Assembly (NCBI GenBank): GCA_964459335.1 | Contig: CAYWJX010000001.1 | Coordinates: 33,642 to 97,641 of the forward strand | Direction: 5' to 3' | Length of the DNA stretch: 64,000 nucleotides | Source: an uncultured Candidatus Saccharibacteria bacterium | GTDB taxonomy: Bacteria; Patescibacteriota; Minisyncoccia; Phycocordibacterales; SBAW01 | Shown here: one piece after another, positions 20,145 to 28,665 of the stretch | How the letters are laid out: each line of letters begins with the position of its first letter | Position numbering within the stretch: the first letter of the stretch is position 1 | Program-made: the position numbers and the translations under genes | The notes under the pieces: generated by a model | Database searches by the model: none | What the model was told of the DNA's origin: nothing | What the model saw: only the letters and a program-made list of their open reading frames with translations

Positions 20145-21637
20145 ACAGAAGCAGACATCGGAGACAAAACTAGGTCTTTCGCCTTGAAAACAGAGGATAT
20201 TTTGTTGGTTCCAAAAACTTTGCCATCAAACGTCATACCTAAGGGGAATTGGAACCATTGCAGCTTGGTTTGTGTTGCAATACTAGCTTTTTTCCATATT
20301 TTGCTTGGCGCTTGCAGATACTCTGACGTGAAGTCGATTGCCTCCTCCGGCGATATATCGATATTGTTCAAGAGTGCAAGGCTCGCGTGTGCGTCGGTAG
20401 TTTCTTTTTCTACAAGCGCGAGCTGTTGCTTTAGTACAGCATCGCTTAACACGCCCTGTATATTTTTCTTAACAAGAGCTGTTTGTTGCTCGGCGAGTTG
20501 CTCTATATGTTTCTGTAATCTCTCAGCTTCCTTTCGTGCATCCGCCGTAGCCTCATAAAACTCTTTCTTAACCAAACGCTTAAGCTTGGCAATATGTTCG
20601 TTCTCAAATGCGTAAGAGTCCATCTTAAAGGCAAACTGCCGCTCGAACTCATCCCGCTGGTAGTTGCTACCTTTGCCTCCAAAGCGATAGAAAGCATATT
20701 TGGTGCCGGAGCGCCCGCTCGACCAGCTCCCCGTCAATTTCAAGCCCTCAGGATTGAATATAAAACGGCGGAGGGGAAAGTCGGCATTATCCTTTTTGTA
20801 CTCGTTTACCTTGTATCCTTTGTTTTTGAGTACGCGCTGCACTTGTTCAAATAAAGTATCGGTTACTATCGCTTCAAACAATCCTCGATGACTCTCTCCA
20901 AACTTCTCTATAACACGCGTATAGAGCCTATTACGCAGCATCTCGCGGAAGTATTGGCTAGAGACAGGCCTGCCACCTTTTACTTTCAAACCATCTTTTA
21001 CCATCCTGCGCCAAACGTCCTCTGTGGTGTACAAGCCTGTGGCGATAAGCTGAAAACTCCTTAACACGAGCGGAGCCATTTCGTTAGGAGCGATAGTGGG
21101 CTTGCCGTTGAGTTGTGCTCCATTTGAGTAACCGACTGGGGCACCCCATACATAGCGTCCATCGCGTACCGCATCGCGCATACCGTTGGAGCAACGCTCG
21201 GCACGTACCTCGTTATCAAACTGCGCGATGCTTGCCATCGTATTTTCCATGAAGCGTCCTGCGGGATTGTTCTCAAAAAGCTCAGTGGTGGATTTAATTT
21301 CCACTCCGTAACGCTTTAACAAGATGCGGAGCTGGCTGTAGTCATCGGTGTTGCGGGAGAGACGGTCAATTTTGTATACGATAACTGCGGATATTTGATT
21401 TTTCTTTTGAGTACAATAACCGAGCATCTTTTGGAGCTGTGTACGGTCTGCGGTCTTAGCACTCTCGCCACGCTCGATGAATACCTCCACAACGTCAAAA
21501 CCATTTTTACTCGCATACTCGCGGCAAATCTTTTCCTGCGTGGCAAGAGAGTTACCCTCCTCGGCCTGCTCCATAGTGGAGACACGGACATAGACAACGG
21601 CTCGCTTATTATTTGGTTGGCTGTTTGATTGGTACAT
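20084..21637 (-). CDS. Large serine recombinase (resolvase/invertase N-terminal domain plus recombinase and zinc-ribbon domains)
   Basis: The N-terminus AVVYVRVSTMEQAEEGNSLATQ carries the catalytic Ser, and VIVYKIDRLSRN is the resolvase motif. Total length is 517 aa. The last 19 codons (DPTGIEPVTSSLQMRRSTK) are the reverse reading of the tRNA-Ala(TGC) 3' half. Confidence 0.85.
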   Translation of the reverse strand: MYQSNSQPNNKRAVVYVRVSTMEQAEEGNSLATQEKICREYASKNGFDVVEVFIERGESAKTADRTQLQKMLGYCTQKKNQISAVIVYKIDRLSRNTDDYSQLRILLKRYGVEIKSTTELFENNPAGRFMENTMASIAQFDNEVRAERCSNGMRDAVRDGRYVWGAPVGYSNGAQLNGKPTIAPNEMAPLVLRSFQLIATGLYTTEDVWRRMVKDGLKVKGGRPVSSQYFREMLRNRLYTRVIEKFGESHRGLFEAIVTDTLFEQVQRVLKNKGYKVNEYKKDNADFPLRRFIFNPEGLKLTGSWSSGRSGTKYAFYRFGGKGSNYQRDEFERQFAFKMDSYAFENEHIAKLKRLVKKEFYEATADARKEAERLQKHIEQLAEQQTALVKKNIQGVLSDAVLKQQLALVEKETTDAHASLALLNNIDISPEEAIDFTSEYLQAPSKIWKKASIATQTKLQWFQFPLGMTFDGKVFGTNKISSVFKAKDLVLSPMSASVDPTGIEPVTSSLQMRRSTK

Positions 21638-22295
21638 AATTTTTTTGTTCCAAATATGCCTCTACAATAATTTTTGCAAGATACGCCAAGGCATCATCCT
21701 CATTAGTAATTATACCCTCGGCCATAGATGTTGGAGGGTCATGTTTATTGTCTGGTTTATAAGGCTTGTCGGGTAACATAAAGATAAAAAATTATGTACA
21801 CCCAAAGGAGTAGCTCCAATGGTCGACTCTCCAAAACATTTGAAGAGCCGACTTCTAGTGCCCTCGCAGTCAGGGCAGAAGAAATAAAAAAGCCCGACTG
21901 AATATCAGCTAGGTTTTTTGGTAAGCGCACAAAGTGTGCTCAAGCAAAATACCTAAGTTAATCTGAATCCAGCCGGGGGGACATCACATGCAAACTTCTT
22001 ACGTTGCTTTATAGTTCCAGGCTATAGCCCTTACCGCTTCAACACACCCTAAGGCCACAGACATATCCATGACGTTGTGACTTCCATGCACTAGGGTGGC
22101 TCCATCACGCTAAAGACCCGTTTATGTTTAACATCTAACTGCCATCAGTGTATTCCTACCAGACAGAGGGGTAAACTTTACACGGCAGCTCTAACCGTGT
22201 CGTGGTATCAACCCCTTTGCCGATGTCATGTAAATAGAATGAGGAGACATGGAAGCAGCTGGACAGCGCAGCGGCGGCGCAGTAGGATTTCCCCG

Positions 22296-22631
22296 ATGTC
22301 CGTAGATACCTATTCCTACTTCCTCATCATCCTGTCCGGCTTTTTTACCGTATGGGGGTACCGCAAAGCGAGCCAATGGATGCTCGTCTCAAACAAAAAG
22401 CCAAGCGACTTTGAATACCTCGCCTACAGCGCTTTCTGGGGCATCATACTTCTCGCGTTGTACGAGGAAATTGAGCGCCATCATCCCGACCAAATATCTA
22501 AGCTCCTTACCAACCCATATTCTGCAGGCGTGTTACTTTCCGTATTGGGCATGGTCGTGGGAATCTGCACATTCTTTACCCTCGTCATGCTAAAAACTTT
22601 CTTCAATAACTTTAGAGGCTCACGTTTTTAA
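22296..22631 (+). CDS. Small hypothetical membrane protein (111 aa from the internal Met)
   Basis: Three predicted TM helices. It is convergent with, and overlaps, the 3' end of the tyrosine recombinase gene. Low confidence. Confidence 0.3.
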   Translation: MSVDTYSYFLIILSGFFTVWGYRKASQWMLVSNKKPSDFEYLAYSAFWGIILLALYEEIERHHPDQISKLLTNPYSAGVLLSVLGMVVGICTFFTLVMLKTFFNNFRGSRF

Positions 22632-23517
22632 AGCACCGAAATACCTCTCTCGACTGTAACTTGGCATCCAGCTCGTCGTTATACACCAGTAACATGTCGA
22701 GCGAGTGATGGCGTGTAAACTTTCGCGCATCCATCGGGTTAAGCCTCCGCAGTATAGTGGTCGCATAATAGTGTCTGCACCCGTGCACCACTTTTTTAAT
22801 GCCGAGCGGCTTCATAAGCCGGTGCATGTCTCTCTTTATAGTCATGGTGCTTAGCCGCGCCGCTTTGCGGTTGCTAAAGCTTCTGAACAGCACCCCCGAA
22901 GATATCCCCGCAGCTCGTAGATATTGTCGCAATGCTGTTACTGTCTGTGGTGCGAGGTATATAGGTTCTTTATCATCGCGGCCTTTGCCTTGTATGTATG
23001 CGATGCCAGTTGGCAGGCGCAAGTCTTCCACATCGAGCCTTGTAACTTCTATTTGCCGCAAGCCCTGCACGATTAGCAGAGCAAAAACGGCTCGAAGTCG
23101 GGCATTGTATGGTGTTGGCGGCAACTTCCGCATCATGCGTGCCATTGCCTGCACCTCCTCCTCGGTGAGCCCCTCCCTGCGGTGCAGTTTACTTTGTCGA
23201 AAGCCTTTGATGCCTGCGGATATGTCGGCGGGTATTGCTCCTATGCGGTATAGCTCGCGCACAAACACCTTCGCCACGGTAAAGTATTTATTTTTACTCG
23301 CGATAGATAGCCGTTCATCCCGCGCTAGCATCCGCTTGTACTCAACAACTGAGTTTCGATTAAAGCCGATCCGGCCGACAAAAGACACAAACAGCTCCAC
23401 CCGTTGCCGGTACTCTTTGCGCGTTCCCTCGCATACATCGAGCCCGTCAAATACCTCGGTAAGTTTGTCCGCAGCGTTTGGTTTTAAAAGTATCGCCAAC
23501 TGCGGAGTAGTGGTCAT
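22612..23517 (-). CDS. Tyrosine-type site-specific recombinase / integrase (XerC/D-like)
   Basis: The C-terminal catalytic region is HGCRHYYATTILRR (HxxR) ... LLVY (Tyr nucleophile), with an N-terminal SAM-like domain. 301 aa. Confidence 0.85.
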   Translation of the reverse strand: MTTTPQLAILLKPNAADKLTEVFDGLDVCEGTRKEYRQRVELFVSFVGRIGFNRNSVVEYKRMLARDERLSIASKNKYFTVAKVFVRELYRIGAIPADISAGIKGFRQSKLHRREGLTEEEVQAMARMMRKLPPTPYNARLRAVFALLIVQGLRQIEVTRLDVEDLRLPTGIAYIQGKGRDDKEPIYLAPQTVTALRQYLRAAGISSGVLFRSFSNRKAARLSTMTIKRDMHRLMKPLGIKKVVHGCRHYYATTILRRLNPMDARKFTRHHSLDMLLVYNDELDAKLQSREVFRCFKNVSL

Positions 23518-23519
23518 GG

Positions 23520-23933
23520 CTAGTGTTCACCCTCTTCGTAAAGGATATGCCGCATCTCAACGCCATGCTGTGCAAAAGGCGGTTCCAACATTTTGCTTCG
23601 GTGGCATTTTGTCGGGTCGCTCTCACTGCATAGCACGCACATTTGCTCCCCGCGCTGTACCATGCGCACCAATTCTTTTATAGCCCCCTCGTAATCACGG
23701 TTAGCGCCTCGTCCACCGAGTCTGTCGCCATAGAAGGTGTATTGGATATGTGCCAGTGTAAGCGCCTCTTGTAAGGGCTTCTGAGAAAAATGCGGGTGTC
23801 TGTGACTGAAGGGATAGGAACGTACGTCTATAACATGCTCGACGCCGTTGTCGCGGAGCTTGTCTAAAAAAGTGGAGAGAGAATGATTACCGTGCCCAAG
23901 AGATTTAAGAAATAACTGACGTTGTTTTTGCAT
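23520..23933 (-). CDS. DUF488 family protein
   Basis: LKSLGHGNHSLSTFLDKLRDNGVEHVIDVRSYPFSHRHPHF...YTFYGDRLGGRG matches the DUF488 (YeaO-like) pattern. It lies directly upstream of the integrase with a 2-nt gap. Confidence 0.6.
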   Translation of the reverse strand: MQKQRQLFLKSLGHGNHSLSTFLDKLRDNGVEHVIDVRSYPFSHRHPHFSQKPLQEALTLAHIQYTFYGDRLGGRGANRDYEGAIKELVRMVQRGEQMCVLCSESDPTKCHRSKMLEPPFAQHGVEMRHILYEEGEH

Positions 23934-24041
23934 ACTTTAATCCTAAGAGACACCAGACCAAATGCAATCAAGCGACTAAGTTTAGCCACTTTTAAAGCGT
24001 AAAGGTTTTCCAGTCTCTGTGGACAACTTTTCCCCATTAGG

Positions 24042-24215
24042 TTACTCGGACTTTGTTTCCCAACACGTGATTGCGATAAGCATGGCACTGAGGAGCCAAA
24101 ACACAGTTGCGGATACGTTCCCAAATATCGCCGTTATGGCACCTATAACCCAAAAAATACCAATGATGTTGCCCTGTGCGGTTGTGTAATGGTTTTTTAA
24201 CTTATTTTTCCCCAT
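24042..24215 (-). CDS. Small membrane protein (57 aa)
   Basis: MGKNKLKNHYTTAQGNIIGIFWVIGAITAIFGNVSATVFWLLSAMLIAITCW has two TM helices. It is in tandem with the frameshifted gene below. Confidence 0.4.
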   Translation of the reverse strand: MGKNKLKNHYTTAQGNIIGIFWVIGAITAIFGNVSATVFWLLSAMLIAITCWETKSE

Positions 24216-24217
24216 AA

Positions 24218-24396
24218 CTATTTTTTTACCGCCCACACTAAGGCAACTACCCACCCTATAAGGGTCCAACCCAAAAAGAAGTTCAACACAGCTATTGCAA
24301 CCCTATTCTCTTTTTCGTAAGTAAAAGCAATAATACTCGGAAGCCAATACACACCTCCTACTACTAGTACAAGAAGCGCTACCAATATTCCAGCCA
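24218..24396 (-). pseudogene. Superinfection-immunity-like (Imm_superinfect family) small membrane protein gene, disrupted by an apparent 1-nt frameshift
   Basis: One frame gives MAGILVALLVLV then a stop. The other frame gives ...GGVYWLPSIIAFTYEKENRVAIAVLNFFLGWTLIGWVVALVWAVKK, which matches the family signature (LPSIIA...LGWTxIGWxxALxWA). The 179-nt span is not a multiple of 3. Confidence 0.45.
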
Positions 24397-24800
24397 TAGA
24401 TTAATACATTTAGCTATTAATCCTAGTGATGAACACAAAGCCCGCCACCAGGAGGCCTTGCGGCCCTATACAAGTTTCCCTGTATAACGTAAGTCACGCC
24501 CTGATAACGGGTTTTCTGTGACTTACGATTTTCGCCCTTACCCTAGCACTGCTAGGGGTTAGGACCTTACTCCTATTAAGTTTTTACATCTGTAATCATA
24601 CCAAACCAACCGCAAGCGTCTATAGGCATTGTTAGAAAGGCTCTATCCCGCGCTAGCTCCCTCTAAGCCTACACAGCTGTTGCTGTGTGGAGTAAGTATA
24701 CTTTTTATAGAATACACTTCTAAATGCTTAAAATGGGAGGCAATACGGTCAAACCTCTTCCGATGGATAAAAATTTCGAACGAGCGTATCATTCTTGCTA

Positions 24801-27416
24801 ATGGATGACATCTATCAGCAAATAGTCAAATGGTCATCTGATAGACCCCTTTGGCTGCGTGATGCTCTGCGTCGCCTTGTTCTCAATGGTTCTTTGGAAC
24901 AAAGGGACTATAACGAACTGGCGGATATCTGCAAAACACAGCGTGGAATTGATGTTGGTCATCCTGTTCCCAAACCACTACCTTTGACCGCCGAACATGT
25001 TCCAAACGCTACAAGCTTGGGTGGCTCTATTGCACTCACGGAGTTGCATAATTTTCGAGGTATAAACCGTATCTCACAAGAAGCTAAACTTAGCCTTGAA
25101 CCTGTTGGACTCAATGTCGTATATGGCGAGAATGGAGCTGGCAAGTCGGGATATACTCGTGTGCTTAAAAAAATCTGTCGTGCACGTGGTAACAACGATG
25201 AAGAAATATACCAAGATATATTTTCCGAGGATGAGGAAGAGCAAGGTGCAGAGGTCAATTTTACTGAAGGCGGTCAAGTAAGAACATTTAAATGGGAGCC
25301 TGATGCGCTAGTTCCTCAAGAGCTCTCAGCTATAAGTGTTTTCGACAGCGAGTGCGCACTTGTGCATGTAGATGGAAGCAACGAACTTGCATACCAACCA
25401 TTTGGTTTGGACTTGATGACACGAGTAGCAGAAGTTGCCACTACACTCAGCGCCCGCTTTAGAGCCGACTATGCAGTCTCTAAAAAAGCCGCGGACAATT
25501 TTAGTGACTTTCTGGCAGGCACTCAAACCTACGGCAAATTGAATAATCTACACGCAGGCTTGAGCGAAACCACTCTTAAAGAGCTGTTTGAGTTTACCGG
25601 TGCAGAAAAAAAGGAGTTAACAGCTGTAGCCAAGCAATTATCTGACTTTAAAACAAACGACCCTGGTAAAAAAATCCTTGAACTGAGTGGCCAAATAAGG
25701 CGGCTAGAAGAGCTCAACACTCATCTCGACACTTTGGTTCGTACTTATTCAAAACCAGCACTAGACCGAATCGTAGTGCTCAGAGAAAAGCTTTTCGCCG
25801 CAAAAGAAACCGTAGCCCTAAGCAGAAAGAGCTTCGAGGACGCTTCAGTACAAGGTGTCGGAGGAGACGCCTGGATGCAGTTATGGGAATCAGCTCGTCG
25901 CTACTTTGAGCATGAAGCGTACCCAACTAAAACTTTTCCTGTAGACCGAGGTGTTCGGTGTGTTCTCTGCCAACAGGAACTTTCCACCGAGGCTAAAGAC
26001 AGGCTTCGTCACTTCGAGGGGTTTGTACAGGCGGAAGCCCAGCAAGCGTATGATGTAGCTCAAGAAGCGCTTGTAGAAGCGCAGGAAGCGTTGGAAGGGA
26101 TAGAAATGCTGCCCGCGCACATAAAACCTACACTTCAAGAAGATATCCCTGCTCTGCATAAACAACTTAGTGGCGAGATAACAGAGATTCTAAAAGGCAT
26201 AAAAATACTTCAAACATCGGTACCGTATCTTGCGGCAGAAAGGTGCAGTGCTTTGGAACTTAAGGTAACAAACACGGTTACGCTCACTATAAAGAAGTTG
26301 GTGACCGCGCTGGAGAAGGAGCGTAATACTTATATAAAATTGCAAAATGACAGTACTGCTGTAATACGGCCATTAGAACACCAAGCGAATGAGCTACAAG
26401 CAGCCCAACAAGCCGCTCGCTCCTTTGAACGTATAAGGAAGGAAATATCTCGCCAAAAGCTTGAGAACAAACTTGAGTCTTGCATTGCCGACACTGATAC
26501 TACAGGTATAACACGCAAAGCAGATGCTTTGAGCAAAGTAATAACCAAAGACTTATGCCAACGGTTTTCTGCAGAGGCAAAAGGGCTGGATGTTGGAAAT
26601 AAGATAGACATTAGTCTTGAAGTGTCAGAGGCGAAGAAGGGAGCCTCATACCACCAGATTGTCCTTTCCTCCTCCACCCAAGATGTTCCCGTGAGCAAGA
26701 TATTAAGCGAGGGAGAGAATCGTGCAATAGCGCTTGCATCTTTTTTAACAGAGGTAGCGCTGGCTCCTTTTCCATCAGCCATTGTGTTGGATGACCCAGT
26801 TTCTTCTCTTGACCACAAGCGGCGAGAAAGAATTGCTCGCCGACTAGTTGAGGAGGCAACCAAACGCCAAGTTATTGTTTTCACGCACGACTTGCGCTTT
26901 GTGTTTGACCTCCAAAACGCTACTGATACAGTTGGAGGTTCAGTAAACTTTCAGACTGCTTATGCCACCAACAGCGATACTGGTCGTATTGATGAGGGAT
27001 TGCCTTGGGAAGGTATGACTGCAGAAGCTCGCTTGAAGACGTTGCGGGGTCATTTACAACGAGCTGGAGCCTTGTATAAAGCTGACGAGATTAGAGAGTA
27101 TAAACGAGATGTAAAGCAAATATATCGCGACCTGAGGGAAACATGGGAACGAGCTGTCGAGCTTAATCTTCTAGGAGGCGTAGTAACTCGCTTTAATGCT
27201 GATATTCGTACGAAAAAGAAAGGACTTATGCCGTTAGTAGATATATCAGCAGAAGATTGTGAGATAGTTGATGCAGCGGTAACTCGTTGCAGCAACTTTG
27301 CACACGATGCAGCCTTTGAAGGTGTTCCATCTATACCACCGCCCGATGAGGTTAGCCAAGACATAGAGCAACTTTGGTCGTGGATTTCTGAAATTAAGAC
27401 TCGGCGTGCGCATTAA
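24801..27416 (+). CDS. Rad50/SMC-like AAA ATPase of the AAA_13 (RloC/PrrC-like) type, with a coiled-coil insert, a CxxC zinc hook and an uncharacterised C-terminal domain of about 170 aa
   Basis: Motifs: Walker A GENGAGKSG; a long coiled-coil insert between the ATPase lobes; CVLC (DRGVRCVLCQQEL) in mid-coil; the ABC signature LSEGENRAIALASFL; Walker B IVLDDPVSSLD; and the H-loop VIVFTHD. The ATG at 24801 is used rather than the TTG at 24795. Confidence 0.8.
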   Translation: MDDIYQQIVKWSSDRPLWLRDALRRLVLNGSLEQRDYNELADICKTQRGIDVGHPVPKPLPLTAEHVPNATSLGGSIALTELHNFRGINRISQEAKLSLEPVGLNVVYGENGAGKSGYTRVLKKICRARGNNDEEIYQDIFSEDEEEQGAEVNFTEGGQVRTFKWEPDALVPQELSAISVFDSECALVHVDGSNELAYQPFGLDLMTRVAEVATTLSARFRADYAVSKKAADNFSDFLAGTQTYGKLNNLHAGLSETTLKELFEFTGAEKKELTAVAKQLSDFKTNDPGKKILELSGQIRRLEELNTHLDTLVRTYSKPALDRIVVLREKLFAAKETVALSRKSFEDASVQGVGGDAWMQLWESARRYFEHEAYPTKTFPVDRGVRCVLCQQELSTEAKDRLRHFEGFVQAEAQQAYDVAQEALVEAQEALEGIEMLPAHIKPTLQEDIPALHKQLSGEITEILKGIKILQTSVPYLAAERCSALELKVTNTVTLTIKKLVTALEKERNTYIKLQNDSTAVIRPLEHQANELQAAQQAARSFERIRKEISRQKLENKLESCIADTDTTGITRKADALSKVITKDLCQRFSAEAKGLDVGNKIDISLEVSEAKKGASYHQIVLSSSTQDVPVSKILSEGENRAIALASFLTEVALAPFPSAIVLDDPVSSLDHKRRERIARRLVEEATKRQVIVFTHDLRFVFDLQNATDTVGGSVNFQTAYATNSDTGRIDEGLPWEGMTAEARLKTLRGHLQRAGALYKADEIREYKRDVKQIYRDLRETWERAVELNLLGGVVTRFNADIRTKKKGLMPLVDISAEDCEIVDAAVTRCSNFAHDAAFEGVPSIPPPDEVSQDIEQLWSWISEIKTRRAH

Positions 27417-27450
27417 TTAATGGAAATGATTGAGGTTAAAATATAAATCT

Positions 27451-27855
27451 ATGCACCGATACCTTGCCTATGGCTCAAATATGAGCGCAGAACAAATGGC
27501 TAAAATAGACCGCGCACCCGATTCGCACAAGTTAGGTGTGGCGGAACTCCCAAACTATGAGTTTTTTATAAACGCCCGGGGCGTCGCTTCCATCCGAGAA
27601 AAACAAGGCAAAATAGTATGGGGAATACTGTATGAGCTTTCGGAAATGGACGAAGCAAGGTTGGATAAAAAAGAGGGTATCCCTAGATTTTATGTAAAGA
27701 AAAACCTACCAACTCTCAACGCTTTTTCTTATATTGCCCAACCAGCCGACGACGGCAGGCCGCGAGAGGGATATTTGGAGAGAATAATAAAAGCTGCACA
27801 GGACAATGCATTTCCGGTTGAGTACGTTGAGGAGTTAAAGGAATGGAGTGATTAA
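27451..27855 (+). CDS. Gamma-glutamyl cyclotransferase-like (GGCT/AIG2 family) protein
   Basis: The N-terminus MHRYLAYGSNMSAEQM has the YxAYGSNM motif of the GGCT fold. It starts 35 nt after the ATPase stop on the same strand. Confidence 0.7.
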   Translation: MHRYLAYGSNMSAEQMAKIDRAPDSHKLGVAELPNYEFFINARGVASIREKQGKIVWGILYELSEMDEARLDKKEGIPRFYVKKNLPTLNAFSYIAQPADDGRPREGYLERIIKAAQDNAFPVEYVEELKEWSD

Positions 27856-28313
27856 TGCCTTGTAATGGGAATGAGGTAACATGGAACCTATGGCCGACCA
27901 TCCCGAGGACACTCCACTTGATGAGGAGGATATAGCCCAACTTGCCCAAATCTTTGACCTACTAGCGCAATGGGACTGGGAGCAAAAAGAGCGCGAAAGA
28001 GGGCCCCATTGACCTACGGTTGCATTATATGTTTTTAGCCACATTTTGGTTGCGGTGTCCTGTTTTATTTTTTGACGCCCTTATCAATACCTTCGACCAA
28101 CTTTTCTGCGGCGTGCTCAATGTAACCTCCTACACTTAGACCCATCTTTTCTCCTTTCTTAAGACTGTTGTTCTAACTCTCTACTGTAGTTACCCTCCGC
28201 CGATAAAACTGGGCTCTATAAGACCACCATGTTCACTCTTAAGTATGTCTGCTAGTTGATTGCACTCTAGCGCAAAGTGGTTCCAAAATGCTACGCTGGA
28301 GTCCACCATAGTT

Positions 28314-28661
28314 TTACGCAGTTGTGCCAATGGCGTCGATTTTGGCTGCAAGGATGAAGTCATTCATTGAGAGGCCTTTTGTTGCGTGTGTTGAAAGATC
28401 AACTTTTACTTTCCCATAACTCACTGCAAGGTCGGGATGGTGACCCTCCTCTTCAGCAATTGCCGCGATTTTATTTACAAACACCATTGTCGCTTTAAAG
28501 TCGGGGAAGATATAATTCTTACTGATTGAGAGCGCGTCGTTTGCAAGCGTCCAGCCTTGGAGCCTCTCCAGCAACGCTTTTGCATCGGCAGGCACGATAG
28601 GCGCCGTGCCGCCTTCGCATGGGATGCACTTTTGCTCGGTAAGTGGTTTTTCAATTTCCAT
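28314..28661 (-). CDS. Pterin-4a-carbinolamine dehydratase (PCD/DCoH)
   Basis: EEEGHHPDLAVSYGKVKVDLSTH is the PCD signature. Confidence 0.8.
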   Translation of the reverse strand: MEIEKPLTEQKCIPCEGGTAPIVPADAKALLERLQGWTLANDALSISKNYIFPDFKATMVFVNKIAAIAEEEGHHPDLAVSYGKVKVDLSTHATKGLSMNDFILAAKIDAIGTTA

Positions 28662-28665
28662 ATTT

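Noticed and set aside
21638-22195. tmRNA or RNase P RNA in the ORF-free island segment
   Set aside because: A tag-like mini-ORF ending in VAL-stop and a GGTAAGCGCAC stretch looked suggestive. I could not find the tRNA-like acceptor/TpsiC end, CCA, or the RNase P P4 strands, so this is left as an unconfirmed ncRNA candidate only.
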